A DNA stretch of 63,751 bases, filler included, from Octopus bimaculoides (GCF_001194135.2; 7 parts of 7 records of this genome joined end to end with filler, not necessarily neighbours in it), one strand, 5' to 3'; shown: positions 15,294 through 28,216, numbered from the whole stretch's first letter. The notes: a model not told the origin generated them from the sequence alone. Made by a program: numbers and translations.

Positions 15294-16266
15294 ATTTAAT
15301 GTCTGCTTTCCATGCTAGCATGGGTTGTACGGTTTGACTGAGACCCACATACATACATATATATATGTATGTGTGTGTATATATATATATGTATATGTAT
15401 GTATGTATATATGTGTGTGTGCGTGTGTATGTATGTATATATATATATAAGAATTTAAGGAACGGAGAAAACGCATGTTATAATTGCATANNNNNNNNNN
15501 NNNNNNNNNNNNNNNNNNNNNNNNNNNNNNNNNNNNNNNNNNNNNNNNNNNNNNNNNNNNNNNNNNNNNNNNNNNNNNNNNNNNNNNNNNNNNNNNNNNN
15601 NNNNNNNNNNNNNNNNNNNNNNNNNNNNNNNNNNNNNNNNNNNNNNNNNNNNNNNNNNNNNNNNNNNNNNNNNNNNNNNNNNNNNNNNNNNNNNNNNNNN
15701 NNNNNNNNNNNNNNNNNNNNNNNNNNNNNNNNNNNNNNNNNNNNNNNNNNNNNNNNNNNNNNNNNNNNNNNNNNNNNNNNNNNNNNNNNNNNNNNNNNNN
15801 NNNNNNNNNNNNNNNNNNNNNNNNNNNNNNNNNNNNNNNNNNNNNNNNNNNNNNNNNNNNNNNNNNNNNNNNNNNNNNNNNNNNNNNNNNNNNNNNNNNN
15901 NNNNNNNNNNNNNNNNNNNNNNNNNNNNNNNNNNNNNNNNNNNNNNNNNNNNNNNNNNNNNNNNNNNNNNNNNNNNNNNNNNNNNNNNNNNNNNNNNNNN
16001 NNNNNNNNNNNNNNNNNNNNNNNNNNNNNNNNNNNNNNNNNNNNNNNNNNNNNNNNNNNNNNNNNNNNNNNNNNNNNNNNNNNNNNNNNNNNNNNNNNNN
16101 NNNNNNNNNNNNNNNNNNNNNNNNNNNNNNNNNNNNNNNNNNNNNNNNNNNNNNNNNNNNNNNNNNNNNNNNNNNNNNNNNNNNNNNNNNNNNNNNNNNN
16201 NNNNNNNNNNNNNNNNNNNNNNNNNNNNNNNNNNNNNNNNNNNNNNNNNNNNNNNNNNNNNNNNNG

Positions 16267-16520
16267 TGCAGGTGGTACATGAAATGCACCATTTTGAGCG
16301 TGGCCGTTGCCAGTACCGCCTGACTGGCCTTCATGCGGGTGACACGTAAAAGCACCCACTACACTCTCTCAGTGGTTGGCGTTAGGAAGGGCATCCAGCT
16401 GTAGAAACTCTGCCAAATCAGATTGGAGCCTGGTGTAGCCATCTGGTTTCACCAGTCCTCAGTCAAATCGTCCAACCCATGCTAGCATGGAAAGCGGACG
16501 TTAAACGACGACGACGACGA
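16267..16520 (+). mobile_element. SINE family C
   Basis: Same body with a GAC-type tail; an inverted 3' stub lies at about 15295-15340 across the gap. Confidence 0.85.
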
Positions 16521-16898
16521 CATATGTGTGTGTGTATGTATGTTTGATGACAGTAGTCTCTTCTAGTCTGAGAAAGATGGTTTTGCAATTTCTTACCAAA
16601 CAACCTGCGCAAATGATTTGTCTATAACGATCAAACGTATGAGTTGCACATTAGCTCACGCCCTCCATCAAATTGTGATTACCTGAACAGGTGCATGGTG
16701 TGCCATACATCAGGTGTTGAAGTGATTTCAGGGAAACGTGATACGAAGTGTTTTACTCAAAAACACAATGCATCGCCTGGTACAGTAATTGACACCACGA
16801 TATCCATGATCATGCGAACAGCACCATTGCTACTCGGCCATGTACCCTCAACTTGACTTGTGTATCCGTATACCTGGAGGCTGGTCTGCTTTTATATA

Positions 16899-17064
16899 GG
16901 TTCAGGAGTGGCTGTGTGGTAAGTAGCTTGCTTACGAACTGCATGGTTCCGGGTTCAGTCCTACTGCATGGCACCTTGGGCAAGTGTCTTCTACTATAGC
17001 CTCGGGCCGACCAAAGCCTTGTGAGTGGATTTGGTAGACAAAAACTGAAAGAAGCCCATCGTAT
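16899..17064 (+). mobile_element. tRNA-derived SINE family B (5' half)
   Basis: caggagtggctgtgtggtaagtagcttgctt...gggttcagtcc...gggcaagtgtcttctactatagcctcgggccgaccaaagccttgtgagtggatttggtaga. Confidence 0.85.
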
Positions 17065-17477
17065 ATATATNNNNNNNNNNNNNNNNNNNNNNNNNNNNNN
17101 NNNNNNNNNNNNNNNNNNNNNNNNNNNNNNNNNNNNNNNNNNNNNNNNNNNNNNNNNNNNNNNNNNNNNNNNNNNNNNNNNNNNNNNNNNNNNNNNNNNN
17201 NNNNNNNNNNNNNNNNNNNNNNNNNNNNNNNNNNNNNNNNNNNNNNNNNNNNNNNNNNNNNNNNNNNNNNNNNNNNNNNNNNNNNNNNNNNNNNNNNNNN
17301 NNNNNNNNNNNNNNNNNNNNNNNNNNNNNNNNNNNNNNNNNNNNNNNNNNNNNNNNNNNNNNNNNNNNNNNNNNNNNNNNNNNNNNNNNNNNNNNNNNNN
17401 NNNNNNNNNNNNNNNNNNNNNNNNNNNNNNNNNNNNNNNNNNNNNNNNNNNNNNNNNNNNNNNNNNNNNNNNNNNNN

Positions 17478-17745
17478 GGCTGACAGTACCCTGTATGGGC
17501 CCTTATCCAGGGTTACGGAAAGGAGACAACCTTCAAAGAAATCCGGAGTGGAGCCCCGTAGGCGGTTTAGTGTTTGACTCGACACTCTTCCGGCAGCTCC
17601 TGCAACCAAGCTGGTGCCAAACGTAATGTTCTGCATTCCTTTGGACTATGTCAGCAAGGTTAAGAGCGGAATCCTGATGATTGGGCTACCCAGGATTTCC
17701 TTACATCCAGCCCAGGCCTGTGCAAAACTGGAGAGGACATGAAAT
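17478..17745 (+). mobile_element. GC-rich repeat resembling an RTE 5' UTR
   Basis: cagctcctgcaaccaagctggtgccaaacgta...ttggactatgtcagc...gggctacccaggat, recalled as RTE 5' UTR-like; unverified. Confidence 0.35.
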
Positions 17746-18499
17746 GTAAAAACCAGACTGGATTAGTTTATGTGCAACTCTATTGTCTCCCAAGACAAAA
17801 GGATGCCAACAACAACAATGTATATGTGTATATATATATATAACATATGGTATAATTATAAACAGGGCAAATTTTAGCCATTTCTTCACACACTAAGAAA
17901 ACAATGATGACAACCTTAATCAATTTTTGAACCTTACTGGCTTCTCATCAGAGGCGTCTACAGCATTCTGACAGCCTCCAGAGAAACCACTAGCCAAACT
18001 GTTTATATACTCAACAAATGCAGCAGTTACTCTATGAAGGAGTCCCTAATTTGCATACCGAAAGTGTTTAACAGTCTATAAATACCAGCGGCCTGTCAAC
18101 GGGGCTCTTAGTTCACACAGTATCAAGGTATGATATAATAAATATGCAACAAATGTTTGTTGCCATTAATAGCCGATGAGAATGTATCGTAGCTCTTCAT
18201 TCTGACATTTGAAACTCCAAGTACTATAATAACAACCTTTTGGTGTTTGTTCTAAATTATAACATATATAAATAATCCTCTTTTATCTCTAATATTGAGG
18301 TCTCATTTGTTTGTTCTTACTTCTGATTATTATTATTGTTATATATAGATGCAGCATAGTTAATAGGTGCAGCGTGGCTGTGGGGTGAGAAGCTTGCTTC
18401 TCAACCACATAGTTCTGGGTTCAGTATGGCCGCAGTCAAACAACTGAAACAAGTAAAAGAGTAAACAAAACAATAAACAAACAAACAAAAAATAACAAG

Positions 18500-18505
18500 T
18501 TTATT
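18500..18505 (-). promoter_or_regulatory. Candidate polyadenylation signal (AATAAA) for DNAJC28
   Basis: Minus-strand AATAAA about 27 nt after the stop codon, followed by a U/GU-rich tract (ttgttatttttttgtttgtttg). Confidence 0.45.
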
Positions 18506-18531
18506 TAATTGGTTCCCTAGTTGATATGTAA

Positions 18532-18868
18532 TTACTTAAATACTGCCTTAATGTCCTTCCATACTTGTGACCAGTTAATAGGATCGCTATGAAGAGCATC
18601 TTTCTGGGCGAGCACCTTTGCCGAAATTTTATTTAATTCTGGGTTTATGTAACGGTGGGGCTTGGCCTGTACGGTGCTCAGTTCTTTCCCACAATCGTAG
18701 TGGACCATTTGTTTGCGGAGGATTGGCACTATCATGTTGTATTTATCTATCTTGACGTTTATGTCCCTGATGCCAGTTTGGAACTTCTCAACTGCATGGG
18801 CGGTGAGGTTGGTCGGCCCTTGTGTATAATGCATGGCGATGTTATGACGTAAAAGAGCAACATGTTCC
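18532..18868 (-). CDS. DNAJC28: DNAJC28 terminal coding exon (C-terminal helical region)
   Basis: Acceptor ttcttcag| then (R)EHVALLRHNIAMHY...EKFQTGIRDINVKIDKYNMIVPILRKQMVHYD...INWSQVWKDIKAVFK*. Resembles the recalled human C-terminus ([31 protein letters not shown]...NWMNLWKFIK). Phase 2 is compatible with the 23673-23873 exon. Confidence 0.9.
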
Positions 18869-19187
18869 CTGAAGAACAAAAAAAAATTTAAATAGATATG
18901 AATAAATAAATAATAAAACTACATAAACATCAGAATGCAAAAATGTCATCATCATCATCATCATTATGTTCTTCTTCACCACCAGCACTGCTGCTGCTGC
19001 TCACCACCCACCACCACCCATGGCCACCACCTGTCATCGCCACTGTCGCCACCATTATTCTAATGTCCTCTTTTCCATACTTGCAAGGGTCAGGCAGAGT
19101 TTACTGAGGTTGATTTTCTATGGCTGAATGCCCTCCCTGTCACCAATCTTCTCTTTCTGAACAAGGTAAAATTTGATCACTATGAAC

Positions 19188-19257
19188 AAACCATTTGTGT
19201 GGTTCCTCAGCAAGAAATTTCAAAACCATTTGTGTGGTTCCTCAGCAAGAAATTTCA
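19188..19257. repeat. 35-bp exact tandem duplication
   Basis: aaaccatttgtgtggttcctcagcaagaaatttca x2. Confidence 0.85.
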
Positions 19258-19289
19258 GAACCCTCATCTGCTGGAAGAGCCCAGCAGCT

Positions 19290-19440
19290 TCTTTTCACTT
19301 TCTGTCTACCAAATCCATTCACAAGGCTTTGGTCGATGTGGGGCTATAGGAGAAGACACTTGCCCATGGTACAATGCAGTAGGACAGAACCCAGAACCAT
19401 GTGGTTGGGAAGCAAACTTCTTACTACACAACCCAAGCCT
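19290..19440 (-). mobile_element. SINE family B (5' half)
   Basis: tttctgtctaccaaatccattcacaaggctttggtcg...gaagacacttgccc. Confidence 0.75.
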
Positions 19441-20264
19441 ACACCAAATAAAATAAATAGAAATTTATATCTGAGCAACAGACCATGGTGCCACCATTTG
19501 TGGCTCAGCTGCTATCAATGACACCTTCATATCTGGTTGGGCCGCAAATAGTGGCTTTTGTCATTCATTTTTATGTTTCTGTCTTTAGACTGTGGCCAAT
19601 GTGTGGCTCACTACTGCTACAAAAATTGGTGTGGTAGTCTTCCGGTGCTCATCTAAACGACTGTAATCTATGCTGGATAGCAATGATACAGTTGGTAGAA
19701 GGAGGACTGGAGAGAGAGATGATAGATCAGTGTTGGGCTGCAGGAGTGTTGAAGACCAAATCTGGTCTTTAATGGTCAGCTGATGCTGGCATTATTCTCG
19801 GATGTTGTTGTTTGAGATTCAGTTGTGTAGGGAGACACCAAAGATCTGATGATGACATTACATTTGGAACACCTCGAGCTTGCTTGGCTCCTGTTTGAGA
19901 ACCCAAACCCTTCAAGGCAGTGCCTTGAAAGGTTTTAGTTGAACAAATCACTACTAAGTAATGGGGACACAGATAAACCAAAACTGGCTGTCAAGCAGTA
20001 GTAAGAGACAAACACAGACACATACACACATATTTATACATCATCATCTTCGTTGTTTAATGTCCATTTTCCATGCTGGCATGGGTTGGATGGTTTGACA
20101 GGAGCTGGCCAGCCAGAGATCTGTTGAGGTTCCTTTTGTCTGTTTTAGCCATGGTTTCTATGGCTGGATTCCCTTCCTAATGCCAACCACTTTACAGAGT
20201 GTGTTGGGTACTTTTTCATGCCACTGGCATGGGTGCATTTACAGAGTGCCACAACAAGTGCATT

Positions 20265-20540
20265 TTCCCGCCTTCTCTCCAGGGAGTAGAGTCTTAGCTG
20301 TTTCAGCCTTTCCCAGTAGCTGAGCAGTTGCAAAGAGACGGCCTTCTTTGTGAAGCTTCTCTGGATTGCTTCAAGGTCCGCTGTTAATTTCACACTGGTG
20401 GGTGAAACATAGCTGTGAGCAGTAATTCAGGTGCTGAGGACGAATGTCCTCCAGAGGACCATCATGGTTTCCTTATCTCTGGTTCTGAATGTTCTCCGGA
20501 TCCATCCAGCCAAGTTGTCTGCACTTTGTTGCCATCAAAG
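20265..20540 (-). mobile_element. CR1/L2-type LINE ORF2 C-terminal fragment
   Basis: CRQLAGWIRRTFRTRDKETMMVLWRTFVLS / YCSQL.SPTSVKLTADLEAIQRSFTKK...LSYWERLKQLRLYSLERRRE. Confidence 0.8.
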
Positions 20541-21016
20541 ACAACATATGAGCATTCAGCTTTTTGCCAAACAACCAGCACAGATTTGTTTATAGTGACC
20601 AACTGTTCGCACTGCACATTAGCGGTGATGGTGGTAGTGGTGGTGTTAGTAGCAGTAGCAGCAAAAGTAGTAGCAGCAGCATTAGTATGTACAAAGAAGG
20701 AGTAGGAAGAATATCCCCCACCCCCACCCCAAATAAACTAAAATCTCTATTTAGCCGCTATCTTATGGGTGTAACATGATGACAGCTTTGTGTAGGTTTA
20801 CACCATCACTACACCTCTTACATCATATATATGTATATACATACATATATATATATATCATATATAAATATATATGTATATACATGATATACCTACATGA
20901 ATATATATACACACACATATATATATATATATATACATACACGCATATATACATACATATGCAAATATACACAACTATATATGTATATACATATACATTC
21001 TTATTTGTATGTGTAC

Positions 21017-21047
<31 letters not shown>

Positions 21048-22004
21048 NNNNNNNNNNNNNNNNNNNNNNNNNNNNNNNNNNNNNNNNNNNNNNNNNNNNN
21101 NNNNNNNNNNNNNNNNNNNNNNNNNNNNNNNNNNNNNNNNNNNNNNNNNNNNNNNNNNNNNNNNNNNNNNNNNNNNNNNNNNNNNNNNNNNNNNNNNNNN
21201 NNNNNNNNNNNNNNNNNNNNNNNNNNNNNNNNNNNNNNNNNNNNNNNNNNNNNNNNNNNNNNNNNNNNNNNNNNNNNNNNNNNNNNNNNNNNNNNNNNNN
21301 NNNNNNNNNNNNNNNNNNNNNNNNNNNNNNNNNNNNNNNNNNNNNNNNNNNNNNNNNNNNNNNNNNNNNNNNNNNNNNNNNNNNNNNNNNNNNNNNNNNN
21401 NNNNNNNNNNNNNNNNNNNNNNNNNNNNNNNNNNNNNNNNNNNNNNNNNNNNNNNNNNNNNNNNNNNNNNNNNNNNNNNNNNNNNNNNNNNNNNNNNNNN
21501 NNNNNNNNNNNNNNNNNNNNNNNNNNNNNNNNNNNNNNNNNNNNNNNNNNNNNNNNNNNNNNNNNNNNNNNNNNNNNNNNNNNNNNNNNNNNNNNNNNNN
21601 NNNNNNNNNNNNNNNNNNNNNNNNNNNNNNNNNNNNNNNNNNNNNNNNNNNNNNNNNNNNNNNNNNNNNNNNNNNNNNNNNNNNNNNNNNNNNNNNNNNN
21701 NNNNNNNNNNNNNNNNNNNNNNNNNNNNNNNNNNNNNNNNNNNNNNNNNNNNNNNNNNNNNNNNNNNNNNNNNNNNNNNNNNNNNNNNNNNNNNNNNNNN
21801 NNNNNNNNNNNNNNNNNNNNNNNNNNNNNNNNNNNNNNNNNNNNNNNNNNNNNNNNNNNNNNNNNNAAGATAGCAAGTGTTGGGTGAAGATATTTCTCTG
21901 TCACTTTTTTAAGGGGAATCAAAAAAATAACAACTAAAACATAAAAACAGATAAGTACAAAAGATAGTAGTAGTAGCAGCAGCAGCAGGAGTAGTAGTGG
22001 CTTC

Positions 22005-22150
22005 AAATTTTGGTAAAAGGCCAGTAATTTTGAGGGAGGACCTAAACCAATTACATTCGACCCCAGTTCGTAACTGGTACTTATTTTAACAACCCCAAAA
22101 AGATGAAAGGCGATGTTGACCTCGGTGGAATTTGAACCCAGAAAACAATG
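22005..22150 (-). mobile_element. SINE family A
   Basis: ...ccccagttcgtaactggtacttatttt...gatgaaaggc..gttgacctcggtggaatttgaac. Confidence 0.75.
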
Positions 22151-22224
22151 ATAGACAATATGCTGCCTTAGTAGTCATGATAGTATTGTGTTGGGTCAAA
22201 AGTTTTGCAATATTTTGGTAACTT

Positions 22225-22500
22225 TAAGTTGGCGAACTAGCAGAAGCATTAGCATGCCGGGTGAAATGCTTAGTGGTATTTCGTCTGCCGTTACGTTCTG
22301 AGTTCAAATTCCGCCGAGGTCGACTTTGCCTTTCATCCTTTCGGGGTCGATAAATTAAGTACCAGTTACGCACTGGGGTCGATATAATCGACTTAATCCG
22401 TTCGTCTGTTCTTGTTTGTTCCCCTCTATGTTTAGCCCCTTGTGGGCAATAACGAAATAGGTATTTCGTCTGTCTTTACATTCTGAGTTCAAATTCCGCT
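22225..22500 (+). mobile_element. SINE family A (long-tailed subfamily)
   Basis: Near-consensus copy with an internal re-start of the head (ggtatttcgtctgtctttacattctgagttcaaattccgc). Confidence 0.85.
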
Positions 22501-22648
22501 GAGCATTGGTAGACGGAAAACAAGCCCTTTTGCAGGAAGATAACACAAGATATCATACCACTTGAATGACCTGGAATAAACTTCAGGCAATCAAGCTGAT
22601 GCTACACCCAGCTTATAGTCCAGCATATAAAAAGCTATTACCTCTGTT

Positions 22649-22714
22649 GGCATTGTATGAGTGAAAGGCATTGTATGAGTGAAAGACATTGTATGAGTGA
22701 AAGACATTGTATGA
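22649..22714. repeat. 18-bp tandem repeat x3.5
   Basis: gRcattgtatgagtgaaa. Confidence 0.85.
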
Positions 22715-22734
22715 TGCTTGTGTACAAATGGCTA

Positions 22735-23030
22735 TGCTCCGTGATAGTGAGACATAGGCACAAAGCCACGTCCTTCATTGTCATTCCCCTTCTCAGTCGA
22801 GGGATTTGTGTCTTGCCTTGCAAGCTACATGGTGACCTCACCAGTGCTGGTGCCACATAAATAGCACCCAGTACACTCTGTAAAGTGATTGGTGTTAGGA
22901 AGGGCATCCAACTGTAGAAACCATACCAAAGTAGGCAGTGGAGCTTGGCACAGTCCCTAGGCTTACCAGCTCCTATCAAATTGCCCAACCCATGCCAGCA
23001 TGGAAGACAGACATTAAATGATGATGATAT
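22735..23030 (+). mobile_element. SINE family C variant
   Basis: ggtgttaggaagggcatccaactgtagaaacc...catgccagcatggaagacagacattaaatgatgatg. Related copies at 20055-20240 (-), 54213-54345 (-) and 60140-60282 (+). Confidence 0.75.
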
Positions 23031-23247
23031 GTGTATGTACATATGTATGTGTGTATATGTAACCTTAGATAAACAAAATGTAATGCTTTGGATAGAATGC
23101 TTATGACAGTCAATCTGCTACAGGCAGATTTAGCCTAGGGCTAAACAGCAACTCCTTATTCTCACCTCCTCTTCCTCCCTCACCCACTCACACAACAAAT
23201 AAAAAAAACCTCAACATTACCATCCAAGGTATATGGTATTTTTTTGG

Positions 23248-23660
23248 CACAGGCATGGCTATGTGGTAAGAAGCTTGCTTACCAACCACATGGTTCCGGG
23301 TTCAGTCCTACTGCATGGCACTTGACTAAACATCTACTATAGCCTCAAGCCAACCAAAGCCTCGTGAGTGGATTTTGGATTTGGTAGACGGAAACTGAAA
23401 GAAGCCTATTGTATATACATGTGTATATATATATGTGTATATATATATGTGTGTGCGTGTGTGTCTGTCTCACCACCACCACTCAGCAACTGGTGTTGGT
23501 GTGTTTACATCCCTGTAACTTAGCGGTTCAGCAAAGAGACCAATAGAATAAATACCAGGCTTAACAAAATTAAGGACTGGGGTTGATTCATTTGACTAAA
23601 AATTCTTCAAGGCAGTGCTCCAGCACGGTCACAGTCTCATGACTGAGATGGGTAAAAGAA
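23248..23660 (+). mobile_element. SINE family B, full length, with a central TA/TG microsatellite
   Basis: Head, microsatellite, and 3' half (ccctgtaacttagcggttc...gtgctccagcacggtcacagtc). Confidence 0.85.
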
Positions 23661-23672
23661 TAAAGGAATTAC

Positions 23673-23873
23673 CTTATCTCTTTCATCATTGTAATCCACT
23701 CAGGTGAGTAGCCATTGTTGATTAAAACTTGGTTCAGTCTATGAGTGTGGGAGTCAAGGGTCGTAGTCACATTTTTGTAGACAATAGGTTTGCCAGCTCC
23801 TGAGAGATTATGGAATTCTCCCTTGGACATAGCGTCCTGAATGAGGTCCTCCACAACACGGTCGATGGTATTA
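23673..23873 (-). CDS. DNAJC28: DNAJC28 internal coding exon (DUF1992 region), 201 bp, phase 2-2
   Basis: tttacag|T NTIDRVVEDLIQDAMSKGEFHNLSGAGKPI...LDSHTHRLNQVLINNGYSPEWITMMKEIR|gtaatt. Resembles recalled human [29 protein letters not shown]...THNLNRILIDNGYQPEWI. Confidence 0.93.
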
Positions 23874-24906
23874 CTGTAAAAAAGAAAATTAAACCATTTT
23901 ATTAATGAAATATCAATTAACACTGTGATGGTCACTTTTTGCGGTATGAGTGTTTGAAGGAGAGGACTTAAAAAAAAGAAGAAATGAGAAAAAAAAGCAT
24001 TGGAGGGGTGATGCATGCCCTGCACACACAAGGATAAAATGAAATTTAATTTGATAAATATTTTCTCAGACNNNNNNNNNNNNNNNNNNNNNNNNNNNNN
24101 NNNNNNNNNNNNNNNNNNNNNNNNNNNNNNNNNNNNNNNNNNNNNNNNNNNNNNNNNNNNNNNNNNNNNNNNNNNNNNNNNNNNNNNNNNNNNNNNNNNN
24201 NNNNNNNNNNNNNNNNNNNNNNNNNNNNNNNNNNNNNNNNNNNNNNNNNNNNNNNNNNNNNNNNNNNNNNNNNNNNNNNNNNNNNNNNNNNNNNNNNNNN
24301 NNNNNNNNNNNNNNNNNNNNNNNNNNNNNNNNNNNNNNNNNNNNNNNNNNNNNNNNNNNNNNNNNNNNNNNNNNNNNNNNNNNNNNNNNNNNNNNNNNNN
24401 NNNNNNNNNNNNNNNNNNNNNNNNNNNNNNNNNNNNNNNNNNNNNNNNNNNNNNNNNNNNNNNNNNNNNNNNNNNNNNNNNNNNNNNNNNNNNNNNNNNN
24501 NNNNNNNNNNNNNNNNNNNNNNNNNNNNNNNNNNNNNNNNNNNNNNNNNNNNNNNNNNNNNNNNNNNNNNNNNNNNNNNNNNNNNNNNNNNNNNNNNNNN
24601 NNNNNNNNNNNNNNNNNNNNNNNNNNNNNNNNNNNNNNNNNNNNNNNNNNNNNNNNNNNNNNNNNNNNNNNNNNNNNNNNNNNNNNNNNNNNNNNNNNNN
24701 NNNNNNNNNNNNNNNNNNNNNNNNNNNNNNNNNNNNNNNNNNNNNNNNNNNNNNNNNNNNNNNNNNNNNNNNNNNNNNNNNNNNNNNNNNNATAGGAAAA
24801 TGAAAAATAATATTAAGGCAAAATGCTAAACTGGAAGCATTATTATTATTTTTCATTTTCCTATTATTTCTCCACGTACGGTTAACACAACCCCACTATT
24901 TACTGA

Positions 24907-24942
<36 letters not shown>

Positions 24943-25474
24943 CACATATACATATACATATCTACACACACACATATATATATATACACACATATATACA
25001 CAATGTTGATAACTTGATTGCTCACCTTATACTCATTCACTCTTAAGTCTTCCATTATAACTCAATTTACATTTAGGATACCTTACAGGAATTTTACCAT
25101 CAAATCTTTATTGTGTCTGTCTGTATGTGTGTGTCTCTATCTACACGTGTGTTTTTATTTGTGTGTGTCTTGTTACTCAATCAGTTCTGTACACTATAAA
25201 CCATTTAAGTTATACACACTATTAAATTACACACTCCTGATAAATTATATAAGCATTACTAGATTACACACATCACCAGATTATACACGTTACTGTAAAC
25301 TATATCACTGCTGTTGATGATCTGATATCTTTGATAATCAAATATAATGAATGGCCGGTGGTTCTGTCTGACCTTTGTGTCACAGCATTGCAGCTTTAGC
25401 CAAAGTCTTGAGATTCCAGTCGCTAGATTTGTACAATTCACTGCTGTCTATAATGGTAGAATGTTGATAATGTG

Positions 25475-25740
25475 AAGGAGTGTAGCTTGGTGGTTAGGGT
25501 AGTCAGCTCGTGATCATAGGGTCATGAGTTCGATTCCTGGCGGGTATGTTGTGTCCCTGAGCAAGACACTTTATTTCACATTGCTCCAGTCCAGTCAGCT
25601 GGTAAAAATGAGTAGTACCTATATTTCAAGGGACCAGCCTTGTCATACTCTGTGTCACGTTGAATCTCCCTGAGAAGTACGTGAAGGGGTACGGGTACGT
25701 GTCTGCAGAGTGCTCAGCCACTTGCATGTTAAAACATAGC
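25475..25740 (+). mobile_element. tRNA-derived SINE family H
   Basis: gtagcttggtggttagggta...gagttcgattcc...gtgtccctgagcaagacacttt. Related heads at 11478-11545 (+), 16725-16850 (-) and 59208-59300 (+). Confidence 0.7.
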
Positions 25741-26100
25741 TGACATTTCAGGGATAGTGTGTTGTAGGGACTTGCATATCTAATTATTAACCAGGTCATG
25801 TCATATTTTACTTTCTCTTCTTTGAGTCACCAGACGATGTTGCATGCCATTTAAGGATTTTTCAAAAGCTGGCAATGTGGTTTCTGTATCTATTTTTGAA
25901 AATATCAGCTGATGCACCAATAAATTCATAGGGACCTCCTCTAGTATTTACAGTGCACTTGTACATGACATTTCGGGTCTTGCATTGGTTACCCAGTGGA
26001 AATTTCAAAAGGTCCTTGCATGAGCATAGATTATCAGTTTTTTTGTTTGCATGTGTATAGCCAATACATGTCCGATCAGTTCTGTTTACATTCATGCTCA
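25725..26100 (-). mobile_element. Penelope-like element GIY-YIG endonuclease fragment
   Basis: CSCKDLLKFPLGNQCKTRNVMYKCTV...EFIGASADIFKNRYRNHIASF, then (frameshift) W*LKEEKVKYDMTWLIIRYASPYNTLSLKCQLC. This is the typical PLE endonuclease pattern. Confidence 0.8.
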
Positions 26101-26154
26101 TGGCTACCCTATTATTATTTTTATTATATATACATAGTATGTATTCTTTTATTT

Positions 26155-26590
26155 TTTTTACTTGTTCCAGTCATTTGACTGTGGCCATGCTGGAGCACTG
26201 CAGTAAAGGATTTTAGTTGAACAAATCGACACCACAACTTATTATTAAAGCCTAGTACTTATACTATTGGTCTCTTTTGCCGAACTGATAAGTTACGGGG
26301 ACATAAACACACCAACATCAGTTGTTGTCAAGTGATGATGGGGTGACAAACACACATACAAAGACACACACACTTAAATGCTCATGCAGGGACCTTTTAA
26401 AATGTCCACTGGGTAACCAACGCAAGACCTGAAATGTCATGTACAAGTTTCCATCTACCACATCCACTCACAAGGCTTTGGTCAGCTTGAGGCTATTGTA
26501 GAAGACACTTGCCCAAGGTGGTGTGCAGTGGGACTGAACTCGGAACCAGGTGGTTGGGAAGCAAATTTCTTACCACACAGCCACGCCTGC
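26155..26590 (-). mobile_element. SINE family B carrying an inserted Penelope fragment
   Basis: 3' half 26155-26365 and 5' half 26450-26590; 26378-26448 is an inverted copy of 25957-26027. Confidence 0.8.
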
Positions 26591-26622
26591 ACCTATTTTT
26601 ACCATGCCTGTTCCTGTATGTA

Positions 26623-26666
<44 letters not shown>

Positions 26667-28084
26667 NNNNNNNNNNNNNNNNNNNNNNNNNNNNNNNNNN
26701 NNNNNNNNNNTTAATTAATTAANNNNNNNNNNNNNNNNNNNNNNNNNNNNNNNNNNNNNNNNNNNNTATATATATATATATATATAATGGATATATTCGT
26801 ACACGCAAACATACATATATACATACATCATACACGCATCCATCCATATATACATAGGCACACATACGTACACATGAATGTACGTTCATATATTACTCAC
26901 ACACGTACATAAACACTCAAACACATACATACATACAAACATACATACATACATATGATTATTTTATGTTATAATCCACCAAACCCTCTCCGTCGCTAAA
27001 TTATCACATATTTTCAGCATAATAAACAACAACAGCCAGCATTGATAGAACATATGGCGCCGCCTCACGACAATCAAGTTAAACTACATGAAATATTTGG
27101 CGCCATTTTGCAACAAATTTAATCCACAATCGAACACCTGTATTTCCAGTAAAATCTCGTGATCGAACTCCGATTTTAATCAAATCCATTTTTTCGTTAC
27201 AAGCACGTCAAATCTCCAGTGGCCATATTACGTCTGAGAGTTCATATTTATTACTAATTGTTAAAGAAGGTGAATTACTTAAAACGATTAAACGCTTTCC
27301 CTAAAATGGCAGCGAAATGGCGGAGTTGAGATTCCGGATGAAATTCCTTGTGGAAGTTACTTACGTTGCTACCTTTCTGAGTTCAAATCCTATTGCGGTC
27401 TGCTTTGATTTTTTTTTTTTTTTTAATCTCTCGAACCGCAATAAAATAAAATACCTATCTACGGCGGTGGACTAGCGAAATTTTCACAACGTCAGACGGG
27501 ATTCTTCACTGTGTTTCTTCCGATTTTTGCGTTCTGGGTTCAAATCCTTCTTAGGTGGCAGATTTAATCCATGACTCGGTTTAATAGCTCTACCGGTATC
27601 CTGGATAACTTTAGCGCAGTCTATTTCAATCAAATCTCCTGTTTAAGGACATCCTTCCTGCTCCTTTCCAATAGTCCCAGATGTTATGATAAGGGCCACT
27701 ATCCTGCCCTTACCACTCCTTTGTATCTAAGATTCTTTCGTATTTACTGCCTTTCGTATATGACTATCATTTGTTCAAGGACGGTAAAATATATTTCTGT
27801 TGCAGTTACTGCTCTTGTTGGTAGTGTTGTCGTTAATCACGAGATAAATCCTAATCGTGTGGTCTCACGTGTAATCAAAGACTATCTCGTATTTTATTTT
27901 AGATAGCGTATATCTAGGAACACATTATCAATGTATTCTGTCCTACAGGGTGCTGCAAAATAAAACAAAACATTCTCTTAAGACGGTAGTGAAATGGCAT
28001 TAGAGTCGTTAGAACGCCGGATAAAATTCTTTGTGGTATTATTTAGGCTCTTAGCTTACGGTCTCACCATTCTTATTTCTTTAT

Positions 28085-28216
28085 TGCCCACAAGGGACTA
28101 AACATAGAGGGGACAAACAAGGACAGACAAAGGGATTAAGTCGATTACATCGACCCCAGTGCGTAACTGGTACTTGATTTATCGACCCCGAAAGGATGAA
28201 AGGTAAAGTCGACCTT
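28085..28216 (-). mobile_element. SINE family A (long-tailed subfamily), truncated by a gap
   Basis: Reverse complement matches 22320-22450. Confidence 0.8.
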
